Part shown: positions 50,635-60,000 of the stretch, in pieces | Position numbering within the stretch: position 1 is the stretch's first letter | Layout: each line of letters opens with the position of its first letter | From: Aureliella sp. | GTDB taxonomy: Bacteria; Planctomycetota; Planctomycetia; Pirellulales; Pirellulaceae | Length of the DNA stretch: 64,000 nucleotides | Reading direction: 5' to 3' | Assembly: GCA_963691875.1 (NCBI GenBank) | Contig: OY829846.1 | Coordinates: 3,168,001-3,232,000 of the forward strand | Made by a program: the position numbers and the translations under genes | Notes under the pieces: generated by a model | Told to the model about the DNA's origin: nothing | Databases searched by the model: none | What the model saw: only the letters and a program-made list of their open reading frames with translations

Positions 50635-51669
50635 ATGACTCGCGCTTTTTCAGCGATTCTCTTGCTCGTTGCAACTGCTACAACCGCTTTTGCCCAATCA
50701 ACTGGTTCCTACCATAGCGGTTGGGGCTTTATGAACTCCGAAGGCATACTGGTTGGGGAAGCAACGATTGCTGGCACTCCTGTGATCGAAGGAACTGTGA
50801 CGATCCGTCACAATGGAGCTTTGATCGACACGGTCGCTGTTGACAAGTCCGGTAAATTTCAGATTCCGAACCTAAAACCAGCACTCTATGCGATCCGTTG
50901 TGACGCAAAGAATGGCTGCGGAGTCGTTTCTTTCCTCTTGCGTCAGGGCGAAGGGCAGGTTCGCCCAATGCAGCTGTACTGCTCCTCTGTGCCGAGTCAG
51001 AAAGTCAACGAGATTGTCGCTCGCCTGTGGTCACCCGCCATGGACGCTTCCAAGATTGTGTTCGGGCGGATCGAAGACTACCTCGCTAACCGACAAACGA
51101 CTCAGACAAAACGCGTTCGGTTGGACCGCGGAACTCTCAGCGTTCAAGTAGTGCTGCCTTCACCTGGCTCCGCTGAGTCTCACAGCGTGATCGGATTCCA
51201 GGACGGCAAGCAAGTCTTTGAAGAAGTTGTCGATGCGAAGGGTTTCGTTCGAATTCCAGATCTGAAGCCAGGTCTGTACGACATCGTGATAGCTGGCCAA
51301 GGCCACTGCGCATTGCAGGCAGAAGTTTTAGCGGGTCCAGAGGAAATTTCAGCTGTGACAAACAGCGATGTTCGATTGATCTCCGCTCAGATTCCTCAGC
51401 CCGAAGCTCCCTCAACCTTGTTCGCACCAGTCGTGATCATGGACAAGCCAGAAGCCGATGAGATTTTGCCGCCACCAACCGAATTGGCTCTGCCAGCTAG
51501 TGGTGCACCAGTCGGAGCAGGGTTTGCCGGTGGCGGTGGTGGCGGTGGTGGCGGAGGTGCCTTCGGCGGTGGAGCTCTTGGAGCTGCCGCGATCGCAATT
51601 GCTGCCGCTGCCCTCGCGGATGATGACGATGGTTTCAACCAGAATGCCTCAACTGGCTTGGCTCCGTAA
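50635..51669 (+). CDS. Secreted protein with two carboxypeptidase-regulatory/prealbumin-like beta domains and a Gly-rich hydrophobic C-terminus
   Basis: Signal peptide 'AFAQ'. Repeats 'VDKSGKFQIPNLKPALYAI' and 'VDAKGFVRIPDLKPGLYDI'. Tail 'G9-AFGGGALGAAAIAIAAAALADDDD'. Confidence 0.7.
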   Translation: MTRAFSAILLLVATATTAFAQSTGSYHSGWGFMNSEGILVGEATIAGTPVIEGTVTIRHNGALIDTVAVDKSGKFQIPNLKPALYAIRCDAKNGCGVVSFLLRQGEGQVRPMQLYCSSVPSQKVNEIVARLWSPAMDASKIVFGRIEDYLANRQTTQTKRVRLDRGTLSVQVVLPSPGSAESHSVIGFQDGKQVFEEVVDAKGFVRIPDLKPGLYDIVIAGQGHCALQAEVLAGPEEISAVTNSDVRLISAQIPQPEAPSTLFAPVVIMDKPEADEILPPPTELALPASGAPVGAGFAGGGGGGGGGGAFGGGALGAAAIAIAAAALADDDDGFNQNASTGLAP

Positions 51670-51697
51670 GAGTCACCTCACCCGTCGCAAACAATCC

Positions 51698-51729
51698 AAT
51701 CCGCAGGCTTTCCACCTGCGGATTTTTTG
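51698..51729 (+). terminator. Rho-independent terminator
   Basis: AATCCGCAGG-CTTTCCA-CCTGCGGATT followed by TTTT, ~30 nt after the stop at 51669. Confidence 0.8.
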
Positions 51730-52024
51730 TGTCTCGATACGACTCTTCGTGCGAATCATGGTCCCTGAGTTCTTGCAAAACTTGCCTGCCATATACCGTG
51801 AATAGGTAAGGCATCTCAGTGGCCCAGCCACACAGGAACCCAACGCTTAGGTAAGCGACCAACAGTGCTTCTTCTGACGCATTAGGTTTCAAGCCCGCGG
51901 AAATCACAGTAACGCAAGGCTCTGTCTTGATTGGCCTCATGAGTTGTCGTCTACCTGATCGTCGGTTATCTTCGAAACGCCTGCAAACAGGGCAAAATTG
52001 AAGTCAGGAATTTTTGAGAAACGC

Positions 52025-53143
52025 ATGACTACCGAATCTGAAGTCGCAACTGCTGCGACAGCTGCTCGCGAAAAGCTAGACGCACACACTTACGAGACTG
52101 TTCAGTGGCATTTCCATGAAAGCACCGGTTCACCATTTTGGCTCGAGAAAAAAGCTGGGTTAAGCTTCGATCCACTGACAGAGGTAAAATGCTTCGAAGA
52201 CCTAAAGAAGTTCCCACTTTTTGAAGACGAGTGGTTGCGTGGAGGCCCGGTTCGAAGATGGGTGCCTAAGGGCATGGACGGACAACCGACCTACGTCTTC
52301 GAAACCGGCGGGACGACCGGCATCCCGAAGAGCCGCGTAGTCATCGACGACTTTCGTATCGACTACGAGATGTTCAGCCACACTTTGCCCGATGAGTATT
52401 TCCCCAAGGGCGCGAACTGGTTGATGCTTGGACCATCCGGTCCTCGCCGCTTGCGTCTGGCCGTCGAACACCTTTGTCAATTTCGCGGAGGTATCTCCTT
52501 CTGTATCGACCTAGATCCGCGTTGGGTGGTTAAGTTGATCAAGAAAGGCTGGATGGACCACTTGGAGGAATACAAGAAGCACTGTATTGATCAGGCTGTC
52601 ACGATTTTGACTGCAGGTCATGACATCAAGTGCATGTTCACAACACCTAAGTTACTTGAATCGCTGGCCTATGGGTTGGCTGAACGTGACACCAGTATTC
52701 AAGAAGTGGGCATCACAGGCATCTTTTCCGGCGGGACTGAGTTCACGCCACAATGGACACGTTTTTGCGTAGAAGAGCTGCTGGGCGGGCCAACTGAGGA
52801 CAGCGGAGTGTACATGACTCCGACCTACGGAAACACGTTGATGGGCCTCGCCTGCAGTCGCCCCGTCACGGAGGAAGAAGACTACAAGATCGCCTACTAC
52901 GCGCCACAGCCTCGAGCAGTGGTCGAAGTCGTCGATTTTGACGACCACACTCAAGTAGTACCTTACGCCGGAACTGGCCGCGTAAAATTGTATACGATGA
53001 CTAAGGAGTTCTTCGTCCCCGGCTTCTTGGAGAGAGACGAAGGGGAACGAGAAGAACCGTATTCATCCTATCCCTGGGACGGCGTGAGTGGCGTCAGGCC
53101 TTATCACGCTATTGCATCGCAGACCACTGTAGGCGTCTACTAA
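52025..53143 (+). CDS. GriC/EhpF-like truncated ANL-superfamily (AMP-forming) carboxylate-activating protein
   Basis: 'WHFHESTGSPFW', P-loop 'FETGGTTGIPK', 'IDLDPRWV', 'YGNTLMG', 'ERDEG'. At ~370 aa it lacks the ANL C-terminal lid. Confidence 0.7.
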   Translation: MTTESEVATAATAAREKLDAHTYETVQWHFHESTGSPFWLEKKAGLSFDPLTEVKCFEDLKKFPLFEDEWLRGGPVRRWVPKGMDGQPTYVFETGGTTGIPKSRVVIDDFRIDYEMFSHTLPDEYFPKGANWLMLGPSGPRRLRLAVEHLCQFRGGISFCIDLDPRWVVKLIKKGWMDHLEEYKKHCIDQAVTILTAGHDIKCMFTTPKLLESLAYGLAERDTSIQEVGITGIFSGGTEFTPQWTRFCVEELLGGPTEDSGVYMTPTYGNTLMGLACSRPVTEEEDYKIAYYAPQPRAVVEVVDFDDHTQVVPYAGTGRVKLYTMTKEFFVPGFLERDEGEREEPYSSYPWDGVSGVRPYHAIASQTTVGVY

Positions 53144-53212
53144 TTAGGTTTTCTGCGACAATCCACCGCGACTTTCATAACGCATTAGATCAAGAAATCA
53201 TCGGAGTAACCC

Positions 53213-54652
53213 GTGCTCACCATACCTGCCATTCGCTGGGGTAAACCCTACACTGCACTAGAGAAGCAAGAGGTTGTTCACTTTCTGAGTGGAGAACCGA
53301 TTGCGAGCATTTCACAAGTGAACGGTGGAATGCTCCAGCTCGACATGAAGAAGGCAGCCAGAGCACGAGCTGTGCTTCGAGAGATCCCTTCGGAAGATTT
53401 ATTATCAATGTGCGAGAAGGCGGCTGAGCTGTTTGAGTCGGCCGAGTTGCCCATGGGCGACGGGACGCAAACCGTTGACGACTTCATCCATCAGCAATCT
53501 GCTAGCACCGGTCTCCCGGAGCACATGTGCCTTGGCAATATGAAAAAGAACTCCTTCGTTCTAGCCAATATGCGGCAGATCCTAGACGCGCTGACACGAG
53601 GTCTGGATTTGTCCATCCTGAGTCGTGGATATGGCGAGGAGGGCCGTGGAGTCACCGTGAGTTACCAGGTGCAATCCCCCGTACTCGGTGCCGTCTTGCC
53701 GAATAATTCGCCCGGAGTTCACACGCTTTGGTTGCCAGCAATCCCACTTCAAATCGGTTTGCTGCTCAAGCCTGGGAGTCAAGAACCATGGACGCCGTAT
53801 CGAATGGTATCGGCATTCATGGAAGCCGGTGTTCCGGCGGAAGCATTTGCTCTCTACCCAGGCGGGCATGACGTAGGCTCGACTCTACTTACTCGCTGTA
53901 ACAGATCCATGGTTTTTGGCAGTGCTCAGACAGTCGAGCAGTACGCGGGCAATCCTCGCGTTCAGCCGCACGGCCCGGGTTTTTCGAAGATTCTGCTTGG
54001 CGATGATGTGGTGGACCAATGGGAAGACTACCTCGACATGATGGTCGAAAGTGTGTTTTCTAACAGTGGCCGTAGTTGCATCAACTGCTCTGGGATTTGG
54101 GCCTCGCGACATACCGATAAAATCGCTGCCGCATTGGCGGAAAGACTTGGGGCAGTAGATGTCTTGCCGCCTGATGATCCCGATGCCGGCCTGGCAGCCT
54201 TCACCAATGCCGCCATGGCGACAGGCACGTGGGGCATGGTCCAACAGGACCTTCAGGAATCAGGTGTCACCAACATGACCGAGGATTACGGTGATCGACT
54301 GGTAGAAAAAGAGCGCTGTGCTTATTTGCGACCGATGGTCGTCCACGCTGACAGTCCAGATCGTGGGGTTGCATCGAAGGAGTACATGTTCCCATTTGTC
54401 AGCGTCGTTCAATGCCCGCAGAAGGATATGGTCAAGAAGATCGGCCCAACGCTCGTCGGCACCGCGATCACCTCTGACCAGGATTTCATCTTGAGTCTTA
54501 CCGAGAGCACCTCTATTGATCGACTCAACATTGGTCCAATGCCCACCAATCGCTTGAATTGGTTGCAGCCACACGAAGGCAATTTGACGGAGTTCTTGTT
54601 CCGCTCACGTGCCTATCAAATTACGGAGTTGCCATCTGCCGTTGGTGCCTAG
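53213..54652 (+). CDS. GriD/EhpG/LuxC-like aldehyde-dehydrogenase-fold acyl reductase
   Basis: 'PNNSPGVH', 'LKPGSQEPWTP', 'HGPGFSK', catalytic Cys in 'NSGRSCINCSG', 'EYMFPF', 'PHEGNL'. Confidence 0.75.
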   Translation: MLTIPAIRWGKPYTALEKQEVVHFLSGEPIASISQVNGGMLQLDMKKAARARAVLREIPSEDLLSMCEKAAELFESAELPMGDGTQTVDDFIHQQSASTGLPEHMCLGNMKKNSFVLANMRQILDALTRGLDLSILSRGYGEEGRGVTVSYQVQSPVLGAVLPNNSPGVHTLWLPAIPLQIGLLLKPGSQEPWTPYRMVSAFMEAGVPAEAFALYPGGHDVGSTLLTRCNRSMVFGSAQTVEQYAGNPRVQPHGPGFSKILLGDDVVDQWEDYLDMMVESVFSNSGRSCINCSGIWASRHTDKIAAALAERLGAVDVLPPDDPDAGLAAFTNAAMATGTWGMVQQDLQESGVTNMTEDYGDRLVEKERCAYLRPMVVHADSPDRGVASKEYMFPFVSVVQCPQKDMVKKIGPTLVGTAITSDQDFILSLTESTSIDRLNIGPMPTNRLNWLQPHEGNLTEFLFRSRAYQITELPSAVGA

Positions 54653-54807
54653 GCAACTTGCAGAATAGACGCCACCAATGGAAAGTGTGTCGAGTAAGAA
54701 ATACTGCGTGGAACGAACTCGGACTGGCAGTCTCTGACTAGCCTTCCGCCAAAGGTTTGCCGCCTCAGTGAATTCGCACGCGAAGGGCTTTCTCTTGGGT
54801 ACGTTAC

Positions 54808-56415
54808 TTGAAAAAGGATATGAAACGGTCGCTCGATCGCTACCTAAGTCCACAGGCCCACGCTGCATGGCATTCTTGCCAGAACGGTGAGAAGCCCAAT
54901 TGGCAGGAGATCGAGTGCGACTATGTTGTGGTCGGCGCCGGTTCTAGTGGATGTGTGGTCGCAAACAGGCTGAGCGCCCGGCAAGATCCCTCTGACTCTG
55001 TTCTGTTGTTGGAAGCCGGTGGGTCTCCTGAGCAACGCTCTGGAGTGAAGGATTTTCTTTGCAGTCGCCGCCTACAGCAGAGCGACCTGGACTGGCAGCT
55101 GAAGACTCAAAAAGAGCAAGGCTTGGACGGACGCCGAATCGCTTGGCCACGTGGCCGCGGATTGGGAGGCAGCAGTCTACTCAACTACATGATCTACATG
55201 CGTGGCAGCCCAGCCCTATACGATTCATGGGCTGAGCTGACCGGCGATCCGAGGTGGAGCTACTCGCAAGTTCTAGCGTTCTTCAAGCGGAGCGAAAAGA
55301 ACCTTACCTTCGGTGGATCGCAGCACGGAACGTCTGGCGAGCTGATCGTTGATGATTGTCCCATTGCATCCTGCGAGCAAGAATTTTTTGGGACCGCCGC
55401 TGAGCAGGCTGGGCTAAAGAACAACTCGCGTTTCGATTTCAATGACGGAACGCAGAGTCGCGTCGGAACGGCGGGTCTTTATCAGCACACGGTGAAAGAT
55501 GGTAGACGCTGGAGTTCATTCGACGCGTTCTTGCGTCCAGCTATGGCGCGAGAGAACTTACAAGTGATGCCGCACGCGACTGTAACCAAGGTCTGCGTCG
55601 AGCAGGAACGTGCAGTGGCTGTCGAATTTCTTTCGGATGATGGGACATGGCAACGTGTTCTGGCACGCAAGGAAATCGTACTCTGCGCGGGAGCCATCGA
55701 TTCGCCGAGACTGCTAAAGCTGTCGGGAGTCGGTCCCGCTAACGAGCTACGTAAGCACGGGATCGATGTAGCGGTAGACGCGCCGGCCGTGGGCAATAAT
55801 CTATCGGATCATCCCGTCGTGCAGATGGTCTACCCTGCTCGCTCGGCGATTGCGGACGGCGATCTTCCCTGTGGCGGGTTGTTCTTGGCGAGCCCTGAGG
55901 CTGAGTTGGATAGAGACCTTCAGTTTCATCCCTACAGCTTTCAGGCCAAGCAACGCGGCTTCTTTTGCTTTGGCGTGACCTTAGTGCAGCCTCGTAGTGT
56001 TGGCAGCTTGGAACTCGTTGACAGTAAGGCTTTCAGTCCAGCGAGAATTCGAGCCAACTATCTAAGCGAGCCAGCTGACATCCTGGCGCTTCGGTATGGA
56101 GTCGAATTTGTCCACAAATTTGCGTCCACAAAGTCGATGGAGAGGCTGATTGGACGCGAATCACCATTGCATTTTGATGGTGGGACACTGGAGCAGTCCA
56201 TTCGCACATCCGCCAGTACGTTATTTCATCCCTCGGGAAGTTGCAGGATGGGTAGCGGAAGGGACAGTGTGGTGGATTCTGAAATGAAAGTTCAGCACGT
56301 GAGGGGGCTGCGAGTATGCGACGCCTCGATTTTTCCTAGCCCGGTAGATGGTAATACCAACGCGAGCTGTATTTTGGTTGCCGAGCGTCTCAGCCATCTT
56401 CTACTCGAACTTTGA
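54808..56415 (+). CDS. GMC family FAD oxidoreductase (choline dehydrogenase/alcohol oxidase-like)
   Basis: 'VVGAGSSG', 'PRGRGLGGSSLLNYMIYMRG', 'AGAIDSPRLL.LSGVG', 'HPSGSCRMG', 'GNTNA'. Start is uncertain. Confidence 0.92.
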   Translation: MKKDMKRSLDRYLSPQAHAAWHSCQNGEKPNWQEIECDYVVVGAGSSGCVVANRLSARQDPSDSVLLLEAGGSPEQRSGVKDFLCSRRLQQSDLDWQLKTQKEQGLDGRRIAWPRGRGLGGSSLLNYMIYMRGSPALYDSWAELTGDPRWSYSQVLAFFKRSEKNLTFGGSQHGTSGELIVDDCPIASCEQEFFGTAAEQAGLKNNSRFDFNDGTQSRVGTAGLYQHTVKDGRRWSSFDAFLRPAMARENLQVMPHATVTKVCVEQERAVAVEFLSDDGTWQRVLARKEIVLCAGAIDSPRLLKLSGVGPANELRKHGIDVAVDAPAVGNNLSDHPVVQMVYPARSAIADGDLPCGGLFLASPEAELDRDLQFHPYSFQAKQRGFFCFGVTLVQPRSVGSLELVDSKAFSPARIRANYLSEPADILALRYGVEFVHKFASTKSMERLIGRESPLHFDGGTLEQSIRTSASTLFHPSGSCRMGSGRDSVVDSEMKVQHVRGLRVCDASIFPSPVDGNTNASCILVAERLSHLLLEL

Positions 56416-56433
56416 TCTCCGTTCGATTTCCCC

Positions 56434-56459
56434 GTAGCGGAAGCCGTCGGGACTTTCGG
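56434..56459 (+). repeat. REP-like 26-mer copy
   Basis: GTAGCGGAAGCCGTCGGGACTTTCGG, 19 nt after the GMC stop codon. Confidence 0.55.
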
Positions 56460-56827
56460 CATCCTCCTCCTCTGTGGAATCGCTTGCGTCGGGCTCCCGC
56501 TTGAAGCCAAACCTGATACAGCTCGTTGGAGGGGTACCGGTAGAGTGGGCAGAACAGCTTGACTCTAGCTGTTTTGGATTCAGAGGCTTTAGAGAGATTG
56601 CATTTCACTGTCCGCCGGGGTGGAAAAATGGGTGAAATGGGTCAGATCAAGAGTTTTGTAAGAGCTCTAGTTCTTAGGGAACTAAAGACAGTACTAGGCG
56701 TCCAAGGCTCGGCACGTCAATCCGTACCCATCCTGAGCGAGGTACAGGGCGTTGAAAATGTCGTAGCAAAACTACAGTTACGAGAAGGACAGCTGGGATA
56801 TTTAGGGTACGCACCCCCCGTTGGAAT

Positions 56828-56855
56828 TTGCAACCAAAAGTGCCCCAACTATAAT
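56828..56855 (+). promoter_or_regulatory. Putative sigma-70 promoter for the giant protein gene
   Basis: TTGCAA-16 nt-TATAAT, ~170 nt upstream of ATG 57026. Confidence 0.5.
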
Positions 56856-57025
56856 CGACCCCATCTACTCATGGGTCGAAATGCTCGTCCAACGTACGTT
56901 TTCGCCCCCTATTCGCTCTCCACGTGGTGGTTTTTCGCATTCGCGAGGCACGGCGTTTGTACGTTGTCTCCACCCTCCTGGGGGTGGTTTTGTGAAGCTC
57001 ACCTGAAAAAGCTAAGGGCTGGTTA

Positions 57026-60000
57026 ATGGCCAACCGTAAGTCTCATTCGGCATCCTTTTCCTCATCCTCAGACTCCCAAAAAGCCAAGCAAGACGCCAAG
57101 CGTCGTTTGCGTGGGCTGCTTCTGGAGACTCTTGAAGAACGTCGGCTGTTAGCAGTAGGTCCTCAGTTGGTTGGTATTCAACCAAACGGAAGTGACCTGC
57201 TTTTTAATGGCGATGTCAGGACGGAATCTCCGCGAGAATTAACTTTCCGATTCGACGACATGCAGCAAATCCATCCGGATACTCTGCAGGGGATTCGGCT
57301 AACCGCCAGTGGTGGCGACGGTTCGTTCGGCCTACCGTCGGCTGCAAGCGATTTTGGCAGCAGGGGTGCGGTTGAAATCCAACTCACCAGTACCGACGAA
57401 GATCGGACGCTTACCGTGAATGTCGGTAGTGTCGACCTGGGCAACGGCACAGCCCCCAGCTTCGGATTGTCCGGCGATACCATCACCATCGTCCTGAACT
57501 CGAATGCCACGAGCCCGACCACGGCACAACAGTTGGTCGACGCGATTAACACCGCTCCGCTGCTGCAATCTGTAATGACAGCTGCTATCAATGGGGGCCA
57601 TGCAGATGCCGCCTTGGGTACAAACGCTCTTTCCATTGCCGTGGTTGACGACAACGACGTCCGGATCGAGCCCGGTTTCGCAGTTGTCGGTCAAGCACCG
57701 AACGAAAATGAAGTAACGCTGCGTTACGGCGAGGCGCTGCCTGATGACCAATACCGCATCGAAGTCTTTGGTTTCGATGACAATGTTCAGGGCGTAGTTG
57801 GGCTTCGCAATAATGATGCGGGCCAACCAGGTGAGCTGTTTATTCCATCTGATCCGGGAACACGTAAAGACACAGTCGACTTCTACCTCGATCCTGGCCC
57901 GCAGGTCACTTCTGTGGTTCCTCAGCCAGTCATTCGAGGAAGCAATGGCCTCGAACAGCTTCGGGATACGATCGTTGTTCATTTCGACAACGACAAGCTG
58001 CTTGTAGAAAACGATGCCAACGGCAATCCAATGCCTCAGTCAGTTGAAAACCCTGAGTTCTATCAGCTGATCTTCACCAAAGACACAGTTCGCAATACGG
58101 ATGATTTCCGTTTCTTCCCACAGAACGTTGAATACAACGCTGTCACCAACTCAGCGACTCTGCGTTTTGGTCAGGACATTAACGATCTGCCAGGAGCTAA
58201 TGCTGGTCCACGTACTTTCCGCTTGCGAGTTGGTACGAGGGAAAGTGCTCCAATGGCACCGGTCGTTAGCAATGCCGCTGCCACCACGATTTCTGATCTG
58301 AACACTGACGGAGCTGCGAAATTCCGTTTCGTCGCGCGAGAGCTCGGTGAAGCTGGCAATGGAGTTGAAATCGTTGTCGTGAATTCACTTTCTGGAAATC
58401 CGCTAGAAATCACGGCCAGTGGCAAGACGATCAATGTCGATCTCGGAAGTAATAACGTCACAGCAGGAGAGTTGTTAGTCGCTCTGCAGAACAGTTCTGC
58501 TTCGTCCGGTCTGGTTTCGATTCAGCTCGAGCCAGGTAGCGACCCGAACGTCGTCCTAGACCAGCCAATCAACTATTCTCCGATCCAAGTAGTTGGTCTT
58601 GGCAGTTCATTTGACACCGCAGGCGATCTAGGTGTCATTGGTTCCACGGACGTGAATCAGACGAGCATTATCCTTTCGTCTGATATTGATCCTGTTGCCT
58701 TTGAGTCTGACTTGGTGGGTGCCAATGACGATCCTGGCCACCGTCAACTGCCTGACACGGCAGGTTTTGAGCGGCATATTAACGATCTATTCGGTGCGGA
58801 TAGTATCGATGGCGTAACGACTATTCCTTACAACTTCCAACTGCTTTACGGCGAGGACTCGATCGGTACGCCCCTGACGAACGCGATTACCGAAAAGCAG
58901 AAGGAACGGGCTCGGGAAGCGCTGCAGATCTGGTCCAACCAAATTGGTGTTCAGTTTATCGAAACGGACTCGCAAGGCATCACGATTGCCACGGGCTCTT
59001 TCAATGCATTTGACGGACCTGGTGCGGGGCAGGTTATCACCGAAGGCGGTATTTCCACGGGAGTGCGGATCGATCCGACTTTCGAAGACAGTTTGTTGGT
59101 GCTGAGCGCTGTTCGCCAATGGGAAGACAACTACGGAGAGGACTACTTCCGTGCGGCACTCACTGGCATGGGAATGTTACTTGGGCTGGAAAGAGCTGGT
59201 GACACTCCCGTTGGCACACTGATGCGACTGAGTACTGGTTTTGTCAATGGCAGTGGCGCTGAGCCGATTTTCCCTGGCACGATCGACGTCCTGCATGCTC
59301 AGCACGTGTTCCGCAATGACAGTAATGATATCGATTTGTATCGGTTCGAAGTCGACCTTGAGCCCGGACGCGAAGGCCTGTTTGTTGCGGAGACTTTCGC
59401 TGAACGGCTCCCGAACAGCAGCTCACTCGACACTTTGCTGCATGTCTACAAGCAGCGTCAGGCGTTTGCAAACAGCAATTTCGCTGCCGGGGCTGGCTTG
59501 AATGTACGGTTCGACGCTATCAAACCTGGTCGCCTCGGTAACAACCTGGAAATCTTTGTGACAAGCAGTGATCGTGGCGCCGGTGCTCCGGTTCTCGTTA
59601 GTGCATTCGAAAACCTAATCACTGTCGATCTCAATAGCCACCTGGGAACGGAAAGCACCGCGCAGCAAGTCGTGGACGCGATCAATGCTGACACGGCTGC
59701 AGCTGCGTTGGTCAGAGCGTCGGTAACTGGCGGCAGCCCCAGTACTGTTCTGGGCAGCCGAGAAATCACTTACAGCCCGATAGTACTGAGTGATGGTGAT
59801 GTCGAGCTGATCGCTCGCAACGACGACTATTCGAGTGAAGATTCCAAGATCGAGTTGAATCTTGGAAGCGGAACCTACTACATCGGCGTCAGCGCGAGTG
59901 GCAATGACGCGTACGATGGAGTCATCGAAGACACGGGACTGGACGGTTCTACGCAAGGTCGATACGACCTACGAGTGACCTATCGTGCCCAAGTAGATGC

